DNA from: Phoronis australis
Taxonomy: Eukaryota; Animalia; Phoronida
Assembly (NCBI GenBank): GCA_002633005.1
Contig: NMRA01000237.1
Coordinates: 372,001-436,000 of the forward strand
Direction: 5' to 3'
Length of the DNA: 64,000 nt
Position numbers and translations under genes: made by a program. The notes beneath the pieces are model-generated. The model had not been told where the DNA came from and did no database searches. It worked only from the letters and a program-made list of their open reading frames with translations. This document shows, piece after piece, positions 50,731 through 61,461 of the stretch (positions within the stretch are counted from its first letter, which is position 1; each line of letters begins with the position of its first letter).

Positions 50731-52610
50731 GAGTGCAGAATCGAACTCATAGCTTTAATGCTGGTACCATCAAGCACAAAAAAAGATTACCAAACACAGC
50801 CATCCACATAAACCATAATATACTGGAGGACAGAATAATAAACATTTATCTTAAGTTCACACTAAGCAGTAAGGAAAATGTTAAAGAGTATTTCAAGGTC
50901 AATTTTAAGTAAAAATATTTAATATTAGATTATGGCACCAATTTTTGCTTGAAGGATAAATCAGTTCATGTTAAGAAACAAAATTAGCAGCTGGTATCTG
51001 GGTAATTCAAAAGAGCAGTGCTTCCGTTTTCAAACAAAAAATGCCTCTTATTTGTGTTTTTTGTTGTTAAAAGTTCTATACAAATTTGTATTTTTGTTCA
51101 CTCCAGAGGATAATTCCCTGAGGGCTGTATCAACATTGACTTAGGATCATCAGCACCTCACTGGTCTAGGCATTGAATGATAGGACATAAATATTTTGCA
51201 ATGATGCTATCACGCCTTGTACATTAGATAAGGTTTTCTCTGGGACACTGACCAAGTTTGGGTATTTGTGGCTCATTGGTGGCCATTTCTCAGTTTCTCA
51301 ACTCAAGTGATATTGAACAGGTTACATCAAAGTTTCTTCAAATTCTAACAAATCTAATTGCCAAAATTATCCTTTTCCATTCTTCAAAAGCTCACGTGAC
51401 TGGTTAAAATGCCCAAAGTTTTTGTGTGTTTGTTGTAACTGTGCAAGTAATGAAGTTAAGATCTCACACTGTTTATTTTAATTGAAATTTTTCATAAAAT
51501 ACGGTTTAACTATTACACTAACTATTCCATTGACTATTCCACGCTATTGTGTTCTGAATTAAAGAAACTTTACCGTATGTTTTCCAAAAGTTTTGTCAAA
51601 CCATAATCGTACCAAAATTTCAGTTGCAAAAACTGGAAGCTGGGCTATTGCATTTACCAGACTATTTAACATTTTAAGTTAAAACTTATGCCAAACTAAT
51701 CAAGATGACAAAGTTCCACTGTAAAGAAGAATCAATTAATGTCCCGTAATTAAAGTCGCATTGTACCCAACCTTCCACAATTTTGGTGCAAAAATATTAA
51801 GTTTAGGTATAGATCACTGTCCCCTAAAAATCATTCTCACTTTACTGAGATTTGATTTCTGAACGTGGACAGACTTGCACTCTTTTCCAGTAATACAAGT
51901 GGCAGCACTAGGGAAGGAATATTCAGGCATTTCGGTTGGTTGGAAAATAACATTCAGCATAAGCATGCTGCTCCATCTAGTGGGAAATATTGAAAATATT
52001 GAGAAACGACTTGTGGCTCGTTGTTGCTATACTGTGACAAGAAGACTAAATCAGTGCATTCTACTCAAGTTCATGTTTTGTGACTAACTCAAGATAACAA
52101 GGCGCCAACTAAAACAGCAAAACGCTTCACTATTTGAGTAATAATCACTTACAAAGGTCCCACATTTTAAAAAACCAGTTTTCTCCACTAAGTAATGGGC
52201 ACCAAGCGGGTTCTCAAAAGCCAGGACCCCTGCAAGTGACTAGTGTTTTCTGGCTCAATCCCTACCATGCGTTAATGACAAACATCCAAACTGAGGCATA
52301 TGCTTTGATACCCACGCATGGGTATTTCTGCGTGTCAGTCATAACCCTTCTACAGGGTAAGTCTCCTGCAGAGTTGGGCTGTGACAGAGGGTATTGAATA
52401 AATAATGTGCAAAAAATGCAGACCTAGGAATAGCTAGCAAATCGTGAGCCTCATAACCTGGAACTGATGAGCTTGTCATTTCATGTGCTGAATGTAACAC
52501 CCCTGGAAATAAAGTCGTTCTGAAACTGAGCACTGAGTGGAGTTAGGAGTGGGTACATCTTGGGACTTGAATCGTATAAGAATTTTTATATTTTGTTTGT
52601 GTTTCTTTAG

Positions 52611-52640
52611 GTCCCTTTGATGTGGAAGAAGAGATGGCTG
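52611..52640 (+). CDS. 30-nt micro-exon GPFDVEEEMA
   Basis: Very strong U-rich acceptor (ttttgtttgtgtttctttag) and CTG|GTAAGT donor, phase 1-1. Confidence 0.8.
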
Positions 52641-53693
52641 GTAAGTTGAATGTTTCGCTGAGTTAGGAGCAAAGCCTACATGTAAAAATAGTCTTCATAT
52701 TACCAGATTGTCTAAAATAATCATTGGCTATCTTGTATGTGTAGGTGTTGATAACAAGATGGCTGCCACATCTGCCATATTGCATTTGATTATGATGAAC
52801 AACAATAGGCCTCGAGCTATTTGCGAGATAGATGTTGTGTGTAAATATCTTGTCAAAAAATGCTTGGGACCTGTAGCGTGCAAGCAAATAAAGAAAAAAA
52901 CCTTCTCGGACAAGTAGGATATCAGGCATTCACCAAGTAAAAATACAACACATCCCCACAAAGTGTACATTTCAAATTTATATGAGGCTGTTATTCATTG
53001 GATGTCATCTAAAAAACAATGGATAACACTGGATGGACTGCAGGACTCCTGTAAGTGACTAGTAATGTCTTCAAACTGGTGCCAGACATTTGCCTGTCAA
53101 TAGCAGGCACTCCCAATTAAGTATCTGGCCTATGCTACTTGGCATAATGTAAAAGAAGGTTTTCACAATGCTGGGACCTGGTTATAGTGGTCAGGTATTA
53201 CACGACTTCACAATTAATCCTCGTCAACAAAGTGGTACTTTTTTACATCTTTTATCAAACTTCATTTTCTTCAGTTAAAAAGTTATTTTTTTTTTGTTTC
53301 CAGAGGCATAATGTTCTCTTGTGAATGTTTGTTCGTGTTATTATGAAAGTGTGCTTGATAAAATGTATTATTGGTGTAGGGTATTTAGTGCTTATTGTGT
53401 TGCACCATTTCAGGAATGGCGCGCTAGAAAAAGCTCACTGTAAAGATTCCTGAACTCGGGGCACAATGTGGCCGAGAAATTTAATATTGTAACAAATTTT
53501 CGTTACTGTACACCCGTCGTGGAGCAACATTTGGCAAAATTTTAACATTTGTTATGTACTAAGCTTTTTGAAAGGTTGGAAATGTCACTTTCGGTCATTA
53601 CAGCGTCTGAAATTGGAGAATTTTCAATTTACAGAATATTGAACCTTTTTATGCATTTTGTAAAATATCATATATTTGTATGTTAATTTACAG

Positions 53694-53724
53694 GTGCAAG
53701 AAGTGCATTGTTGCAGCCACAAAG
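53694..53724 (+). CDS. 31-nt micro-exon GARSALLQPQ(R)
   Basis: tttacag acceptor, AG|GTAAAG donor; supplies the phase 1 to 2 change needed for exon 54004. Confidence 0.75.
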
Positions 53725-54003
53725 GTAAAGACTTTTTTGAATTCTTAATTTATTTTTAGACACAGCTTCTTAAGTAATGGCTTAAGGCCAGATCAAGTGT
53801 TATTTTCAAGAGCAGTCAGTGTTTGTTCATCTTGTACTAAGCTTTTAAAGATAACAGTATCGAAAGTTGAAAGAAAATGTCCAATGAAATGTTCATTAAA
53901 TGAAATCTTATCAAAGCTCAGGTGATGAAAACCCCATTTCAATCGATCGTTTCTTATCCGTTCCTAATGCTTTAATTCTCAGTTTGTATTCTCTTTGTAC
54001 CAG

Positions 54004-54169
54004 GGGGGTTGAAAAACAGATCCCTCCAAAGTTTATTATCAAACCGCGCAAGCAGTTCATCGACGAAGGCCAAACTGCCAAATACAAGGCGTCATTCGAT
54101 GGTATACCCAAACCAGAAATCTGCTGGCAGAGAAACGGAGAACCTCTACAACCGAGTGCCAAGTATAAG
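54004..54169 (+). CDS. Exon: Ig N-half (PPKFIIKPRKQFIDEGQTAKYKASFDGIPKPEICWQRNGEPL)
   Basis: Phase 2-0, AAG|GTAAGG donor. Confidence 0.93.
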
Positions 54170-54662
54170 GTAAGGACCTTCAACATTGTCTCAACATATT
54201 GTTGATTTTGTTGTATTCAACTAAGACCTTTGCTGCGTTCTTTCATTCCACTCCTTGACAACTGAACAGTTGATGGACACAGATTAAAGGCCCATGCAGC
54301 ACCATCTATTGTTTTGGTTTGAGTGCAAACCTCTGTTATGGTCTTTTTTAGTACAGCGAATTAGTATTGCGAAATTTCACATGATATGATCATGGAAGGA
54401 GTTGGGTTAATTGATTGCTTCACCAGTAAAACTCACTTCTGTTGAGTTGGTGTTAATATGCGAAAGATGCTTTTGTGATATAGCAACGCTTAAGAGTTTT
54501 TTGTAGAATGTTTCTTGTTCGTTTCTTGTAAGCCCCTTGGCCCATTTTAGAAAAAATAAAATTATCTTATTCTTAATTCTTGAAGTGTTTGCAAAATTTC
54601 AAATAGTTTCGTGATTGTCAGTTTTAAGTATTTTCATAGTGGTCCTTTTTCTACCTGGGCAG

Positions 54663-54792
54663 ATGTACTCGCGCCTTGACTTCCACCATCTTGAAGTAGT
54701 CAATGTGACTCCTGAAGACCAGGGCTCCTACCAATGTGTCATCTCAAACTCTGTGGGTTCCACCAACGCCCCTGTTGATCTCAAGGTCTATG
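54663..54792 (+). CDS. Exon: Ig C-half (HHLEVVNVTPEDQGSYQCVISNSVGSTNAPVDLKVY)
   Basis: Phase 0-1, G|GTGAGG donor. Confidence 0.93.
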
Positions 54793-54949
54793 GTGAGGAC
54801 AGTTTATCAATAACCCTGTTGTCCATTTTAAGTGCGCGGAACGTAGCACAAAAAATATGACAACAATATTATGCAGTGGATTGCAAATGCCAGATAATGT
54901 TTGTAAGAGATTGTCTGTATGTAAAGATGCAGTACGAGCCAAAAGTAAA

Positions 54950-55165
54950 CAGACAATACCCTCAGAATGTCTCATCATGGCAGGTGGTCGGAAACTGAAT
55001 TCATCGCCAGAATAGTCTTCCCGCGTGACTGACAATGAAGGGAAATTAACAGGAAAGTTCATAAGGAGGCTAAGCTATTCTGTAATTACAATTTTGACGT
55101 CCTAATAGTTATTACTGGTCATTTTTGTTGCTAAGAGGATTTGCTGCCATGACTGGAGTTGATAC
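54950..55165 (-). repeat. Inverted copy of the 49510-49730 repeat
   Basis: cggaaactgaattcatcg...ggctaagc...cctaatagttattac. Confidence 0.75.
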
Positions 55166-55451
55166 TTTATTTTTAAGATATGCTTTTGTTGTCGACTGCT
55201 CCCAGTTCACAAAAAGTACTTTCGAAAATACTGATTTTCTCCACATTGATGATTTTTCTCCAATTCAAAAGTAATTTTTTTACTCCTGTATCATCAAAGT
55301 ATGATAACATCTCACTAATCCAGGACACAATTTTATGGTGGACAAATGAACTTTATTTTTCAAGTTTTCATGAGAGATAAGTGGCATTACATGAAGGCCA
55401 CGGGACATATGACAAACCTAAATCATTTTATGCCTCTGCTGCTGTTTTCAG

Positions 55452-55559
55452 AAAAGCCAAAGGCGAAGGTGCGTGACACACCGCCTCGATTTTCAGTTCT
55501 GCTTGAAGACAAGGAGGTGAATGAGGGCGATGGTGTCATCTTGGAGTGTCACGTGACAG
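55452..55559 (+). CDS. Exon: Ig N-part (PPRFSVLLEDKEVNEGDGVILECHVTG)
   Basis: ttttcag acceptor, G|GTTGGT donor, phase 1-1. Confidence 0.92.
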
Positions 55560-56073
55560 GTTGGTATTGGCCAATGGTCTCCGTCCTGGTCAAATCCAAA
55601 TCAATGGAGTCGCAATGCAATAATAAATAATGTTTTTTTGTACAGAGTCTAGTCTCAAGAGCAATTGATACACTCTACTTTGGGCAAAGTATAGTTATGC
55701 AAATTTGCCATACTTGCAGCATTAAAAATTGTATTAAAATAGATTACAGGCATATGCAGAGTCTTGAAAATCTCATAGATACTTTGCAGGCAAAACCAGA
55801 AAATTTAGGATGGTGCCGTATGTGATTTAAATAACCTCTTGGAGGAATGTCTTGATATATTTTCATATGTTTTTACTATGCTCATGCTTTTTACTTTAAA
55901 GTGCCTGTGACCTCAATATTCTGTCTGCAGCAGATCAGTTCTAAAATTGGGAGATTGTTTGAAAAGAGATCGTCCTTGTAGAACTAATTACTACATAGTC
56001 TAATTTGCACTGTGGTCTTAAAAAGTGATTTGATTGGAGCTGCTTCAGTGAAAAGGAAAAAATGTTTCTACAG

Positions 56074-56271
56074 GAACACCTAATCCCCAACTGACATGGC
56101 TGAGCCAGGGCAAGGAGCTGAGGCCCTCTGGTGACTTTCAACAGACTTATGATGGCAGCACAGCCAAACTGGTCATTGGCGAAGTGTTGGTTGATGACCA
56201 GGGAACATACGAATGTGTCGCGAAGAACAAGGCTGGACAGGACAGAACTAGAGCCAAAATCAAAGTGCAAT
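56074..56271 (+). CDS. Exon: Ig C-part (TPNPQLTWLSQGKEL...AKLVIGEVLVDDQGTYECVAKNKAGQDRTRAKIKVQ)
   Basis: Translated by hand (the ORF track shows other frames here); ctacag acceptor, T|GTTAGT donor, phase 1-1. Confidence 0.92.
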
Positions 56272-56613
56272 GTTAGTGTTCTTCAGCTTTGGTATAACAT
56301 TTGGGTGCCCTTTTGTTTGTGAAAAATGTCCATTGTCAGAGTACTTATCCAATCTTGGTTTTATACCTTCATCTTAATTTGAACCTCATTATTGTTTCAA
56401 TTATTTTTTAAGGTCATCTGTTCAGTTTTCAAGCATCAAAGAAGGGAAATAACGATTCATTTGTGTACAAGTTATTGTGTTGTAGCCTCAAAATATTTTC
56501 AGGAAAAATTCAGAAACTATCGTGTAAAAACTGTCGTAGCTACAAGAAGACCTTATCACAGAAAATTATTTCTTTCCTGAAAAATGTGAATGTGGTCAAA
56601 CTTTTGTTTTCAG

Positions 56614-56709
56614 CAAAACCAAAACTAATGGCACCCAAGTTCATTGTGCCATTGAAAGATGTTGTCGTCAAGGAAGGAGACAATGTCGTAATGGAGTGCA
56701 AAATCTCAG
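56614..56709 (+). CDS. Exon: Ig N-part (APKFIVPLKDVVVKEGDNVVMECKISG)
   Basis: ttttcag acceptor, G|GTATTA donor, phase 1-1. Confidence 0.92.
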
Positions 56710-57241
56710 GTATTATTAATGTTGTCTTACATACATACTTCACAGCGCAGAAAATTAAACACAGTATAGGTTATTGTTGGTTTAGTAACTGTTTTGGAGT
56801 ACCTACTGTCATAATTGTCAAAAGTGAACCCTTTCTTTAAGGATACAGATTTCTGTGGTGTTTTATTTTGATGTCTGCTTGATCTGCAATGTCAAATTAC
56901 TACGACGATACATCATCAAGAAATTGATAATACATACTTGCATATGTTAGCAAATAGAATCTCATTGTAAGTGTCATCCATCCGGGGCCCATTTCATCAA
57001 AGTTTGTATGCTTAGTCGAAGCCAAAATGGTTGTCTGCATGTTGTTGCGAACGCGATGCAGCAATTCTTACGAGAGCAAAACATTGAAACTGTTGACCAT
57101 TTTCCGTATTCAGATTGGCTGCATGAGCCATGTTAATGAATTGTGTGTATCAGTCTTAAAGAAGCCTGTGAGAACACTGGTGCTTGTCTTAAATCTCAAG
57201 GTGTTTTACAGGAACAAGTTTTACAGTCAACTATTTTGTAG

Positions 57242-57439
57242 GAACTCGCGAATCAAATCTTACATGGTTGAAAGACGGCGAACCCGTACAGCCAAGTAAT
57301 GGCGTCAAGACGTCTTTTGACGGAGAAGTTGCCACATTAGCTGTTAATGGTGTGTTCTCAGATGACGCTGGCGACTACACGTGCAAAGTAACCAATCAGG
57401 CGGGGGATGATCTGACAGTTGCGAGACTTGTTGTGGAAG
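57242..57439 (+). CDS. Exon: Ig C-part (LTWLKDGEPV...ATLAVNGVFSDDAGDYTCKVTNQAG)
   Basis: ttttgtag acceptor, G|GTATGA donor, phase 1-1. Confidence 0.93.
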
Positions 57440-57863
57440 GTATGATACCGAATGGTGATGCTTTCTGTACCAAAGAACTTTAATTGAGAAATTGAATATT
57501 GGAGGACAGAAATATATTTTTCAAGCTCACATGTTCTGAGAAATTGTCATTGGTGCATAGCTCAGTTTTAAGGAACTCACAAAATATAGTTGGCATCTTG
57601 CCTGTCATTTGTCACTTTTTCTTGACTGCACACTTTCTGTCAAGCCACCTAAACGACTGAAATGAGATTCAACACTGAGTTGGTTACATGGCAGGGAGGG
57701 GGCAGCACCAGTTCATGTTCAGGTGTATTTAACCACTGTAGCATCTAAAATACCGAAGAGTACTCTGTTGAAGGATGAAAAACTTTTGTGTATTGTTACG
57801 ATTCAAGTTTGTGTTTCCTCCGCGTCGCTTGCTTCTTCTAATTGTGATTGTTGTCACTTGTAG

Positions 57864-57974
57864 AAGACAAAGAAGAGCTTGACCTCAATAAACAGGCGCC
57901 ACAATTTATTAAAGAACTCGAGGATATCACTGTCTGTGACGGTGACCGAGTCGAGATGAAAGCCGTCATCAGAG
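57864..57974 (+). CDS. Exon: Ig N-part (APQFIKELEDITVCDGDRVEMKAVIRG)
   Basis: TAGAAG tandem acceptor, G|GTAACG donor, phase 1-1. Confidence 0.92.
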
Positions 57975-59335
57975 GTAACGCTAATGAAATCAAAGATTAC
58001 TTGCTACTGATGGGATCTCATATTTCTTAATGATATCGTACTCCTACGGTTCAGTGTTCAAAATATTAAGGAGGTTGTGAAAAGTATTGAAGCATGCCTG
58101 TAAGAGGCACTTAAGGGGCATTGAAGGATATTTCATTTATATACAGTTCTCTACAGTCACGTGAGTGCTAAATATGCACAGAATTTCACCATTGAAAGTA
58201 GGTGACGAATGCATTGTCCAAACTAATTCTAATCTTGAATTGAGATATTCTTTAATAAATTCGACTTGCTTTTCTTAGAAAATGTTACAAACTTAAATGT
58301 GACTTTTCCACTGTATTGCATTCTAAATTGAAGCTTTATTGAAATGCAATCATGTGACTAACATTGCTGTTGAAGCAGAGCCTCGTCCTTGACCTTCCTT
58401 GTGATAACTGCGTGTACCTGATTGTGTGTGACACCTCTTCCGCCTACACTTTGCTGCACTAACGTCTCACCTGTGGTCAATTCTGACGGCAATATCTAGC
58501 CAATCACAGCGAGCTAGCCTTTCTGATTCTACATGAGGTTTTCCAAACACTGTCTGATAGGATTGTAGATTTTTTCACTGTCATCAGTTTTGGTTACGTA
58601 GGACCTTGTTGTCAAGTCATTCAGCCAAATATCTACACAGCTATGGAGTTTAACTCTGACAGCCTAAGTATCTATTTTTTTTCTAAAAGTTGAAAGCCTG
58701 TTGAATTTGATTTTCCACTTTATATCAATCTGCCAGTGATTGGGTCTGTGACTACATCTTTTTGTTAAAGTTAAGCAAAAAAGAAACTAAGGCAGATTCA
58801 TAGAGAAACAACAGCATCAAAAACATGGCCAAATTTTGTCTGGAATTAATGCACAAAATGAATTCACAAAAACGCTGTTACAGTTTTGTAAACTATAACT
58901 TTGTTTTTTGTTTTATTAATTTTTTTTTTAAAAATCATTAAAGTCGTATGTTGTGGTATCCCTTCATGCAACTGCGGATCAGTTTCAAAACATTTCCGAG
59001 AGCGTTTTTGAGAACAGTGTTAAAAAGCATAGTAGGCGAATGTTTCACATGAATCCGATCAGCTTATATGACATATGATGTTCCCAAGTTAGCCAAATTT
59101 GAACATTTTTCTAGGGTCCTACGTAACCTTGAACAGTTGTTGTTCACTGTAATTAGGTCATTCAGTCTCCATTCTAAAACTGAGCACAATTTTCAGATTT
59201 TGCAATGTTCTTTAAAATGCATGCCGCACACATATTAGTCAAGTTGTACTACCTTAGTTGGGAACTGTAACTGGAAAGTTTGAAATTTAGATTCGATCGA
59301 TTTACGCACAAAGGCATGACTTTGAATGTACACAG

Positions 59336-59539
59336 GTACGCCACCAATAGAAGTCGTTTGGGTGCATGACGATGTGGAACTCTCCCCCGACTCAGAGGAG
59401 GTAGAAATGTTTAATGATGGAGATACGTATTCGCTTGTCGTACACGAGACATTACCTGACGATAGTGGCATTTACAGCTGTGAGGCTTACAATAAGTTTG
59501 GCGACGCAGTCTCGGCATGTTCGCTGACCATAGCACCAG
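59336..59539 (+). CDS. Exon: Ig C-part (TPPIEVVWVHDD...YSLVVHETLPDDSGIYSCEAYNKFG)
   Basis: acacag acceptor, G|GTGTGA donor, phase 1-1. Confidence 0.93.
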
Positions 59540-60437
59540 GTGTGACACCTTTCCATACCGTATGCAAATGTTATTGTTCCATTTCCCGACCACACATTTG
59601 TTGTTGACTTCATGCAGTGGATTGCAATTGCTTCAGGAAAGGTTCAAACTTTCGTAATTTCACACTGGTGGTCTTTCTATTTTTGTACAAATACATCTCT
59701 TTCTTACGTTTTCACCTTTGGTGCTGGATATTAACAAGGTATTTCAATTTCATCTTTAATGGATTGTAAGCAGTAAAGTAAATTTCAGTGTCTTGTAAAG
59801 TTTCAAATTCACCTTGATCTTCAAGAACTTTCCACCTGTCGTGTTTCTGACTTAAAATACAACATCACTGATTTTTTTGTTGCTGGATTTAACTAAAATA
59901 TTTCTTGTGTGCCAATATGATCCACGTTGATGAATCTTTGGTTTGAAGCCTTGAAGGAACTCTTGTGTTTGACTAACTGTGGTCCCTGTAAATAAAATAC
60001 CTCGAAAAATGTAGTACTTGGTTTCATGAAAAACTGACGAATTCTCTTCTTATGGAAAATTATGATGAAATTTCAAGAAAGAAAGTTTGGTTAGTGTTTG
60101 TTAAAAAAATACTGTTATTTTTCTTCAGGTCTCCCTCTACGTTTTTGTCATCACTTCGACAGAATTAGACAAATTTTGACAAATTTTCGAAAGCTAATGT
60201 GCAGTTACCTGATTTTGAATTTCATCCTTAAGAATTTCTTCAAGTTCTGAAAGTTTTCCAGTGTTTTCTTCCCATGTCTTATACATCCAACCGGTGTTGT
60301 CTTAATCTATTCCCCTGTTGTTTCACTTATTTTCTGGAAATCATTCCCAATTTGTTTTCCCTCTATCGCCCAATGACTACTTTCATGCTTATCCATCATT
60401 GTTCATTGTTATGCATTCATGTGGCATTGAATTATAG

Positions 60438-60598
60438 ATGACGAATCCTGCGCTCCCGAGTTCATCGAAAAACCCACCTCGATGAGCGTTGAGGAAGGAT
60501 CGCACACCATCATCCCTTGCCAGGTGCGAGGTGTGCCGACGCCATCTATTGAGTGGATGAAGGATGGTAAACGTATTACAGACGGTGATAAGTACAAG
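60438..60598 (+). CDS. Exon: Ig N-half (APEFIEKPTSMSVEEGSHTIIPCQVRGVPTPSIEWMKDGKRITDGDKYK)
   Basis: Translated by hand; tatag acceptor, AAG|GTAAGC donor, phase 1-0. I found no partner exon within the window. Confidence 0.93.
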
Positions 60599-60778
60599 GT
60601 AAGCAGACGACACATTATCCTCAAAACAAAAAGCAAAAGGTGGCAGTAGATTTGCGTGAAACATCAGTGATTGGTGAAATGACAAACAAAATCCCAGTGG
60701 GATAAGTACAAGGTAAGCAGACGGCACATTGCAGTTCCTCAAAACCAAAAACAAAAGGGAATAGATTTGTGTGACAAC
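60587..60778 (+). repeat. Local tandem duplication (period 114) that copies the exon end and 5' splice site
   Basis: GATAAGTACAAG|GTAAGCAGACG at 60587 and at 60701, with similarity continuing for ~75 bp. Confidence 0.9.
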
Positions 60779-61209
60779 TTGAAATTCACTAGGTGGCATT
60801 AGTGAATTAGGTATTCCTTCTGTAGAAATGCTGCCATTTTGATTATGTGTTGCCCTTATCACAGGTACCCTCCAATTCTGGTGAACAACTTTCTGTTCTT
60901 GGTCTATCGGGATGACAAAAAGACATCTCCTATGTCATTAGCACAATCTGGAGATTATTGAGTACACTATTGAAACTGAACTGGATCTGGAGATTATTGA
61001 GTATCCCATCGAATCTGAACAGGGTCTATCTCAGTTACCTCCTATCTCAGTTACCTCCCAACCTATAGAACACCAGCTGATTTGAGAAATATTTGAGGTA
61101 GTTAATTCCCTGGATGGAAAATTTCATGCTCCAAAAACCCAGTTCAACATTTTACAAAACTTCACCAAGAAAGTTCATATTGATACAATTATTACATTTC
61201 TTTGCAAGC

Positions 61210-61461
61210 AACATGGTTGAGTGAAGAAAATATTCAAAAAAACAATTGCAGGCGGTTTGATACACGTTGTACCAGACGTGCGCAGGCCTCGCATGTGGGC
61301 CCATTGCACTGATCACCTGGAACTATTTTTATGCTTTATTAATATATGCTTAAAACCGAGCTGAGGAGCTAGAAACCGGGCTAAAGGGTTTAGCAGTGTG
61401 ACCTGGTGGGACTCCAACCCACGACCTCGAATAACATGGTTGAGTGACGAAAATATTCAAA
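61210..61461 (-). mobile_element. tRNA-derived SINE fragment
   Basis: The minus strand reads ...GAGGTCGTGGGTTGGAGTCCCACCAGG (B-box/T-arm-like) at ~61400-61430. It is bracketed by a ~28-bp direct repeat AACATGGTTGAGTGAMGAAAATATTCAAA at ~61210 and ~61433. Confidence 0.4.

Larger units (their letters stand above)
1..60598 (+). other. Partial multi-exon gene: giant I-set Ig-repeat muscle protein (MLCK/MYLK-SPEG-obscurin/UNC-89/titin-like); both ends lie outside the window
   Basis: 22 GT-AG exons with compatible phases give one ORF. The I-set motifs P-x-F...C/V-x-x-x-G-x-P-x-P-x-x-x-W-x-K-D-G...L-x-I...D-x-G-x-Y-x-C-x-A-x-N-x-x-G recur. The Ig pair at 57864-60598 (APQFIKELEDITVCDGDRVEM...WVHDD...ETLPDDSGIYSCEAYN...PEFIEKP) resembles, from memory, consecutive N-terminal Ig domains of MYLK/SPEG. 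Confidence 0.9.

Noticed and set aside
60389-60862. 157-aa minus-strand ORF (and similar minus ORFs at 8114, 32439, 53911 and 55941)
   Set aside because: These are antisense shadows of + strand Ig exons with no recognisable domain.
61395-61432. tRNA gene
   Set aside because: Only a T-arm/B-box-like 3' portion is present; no full cloverleaf.
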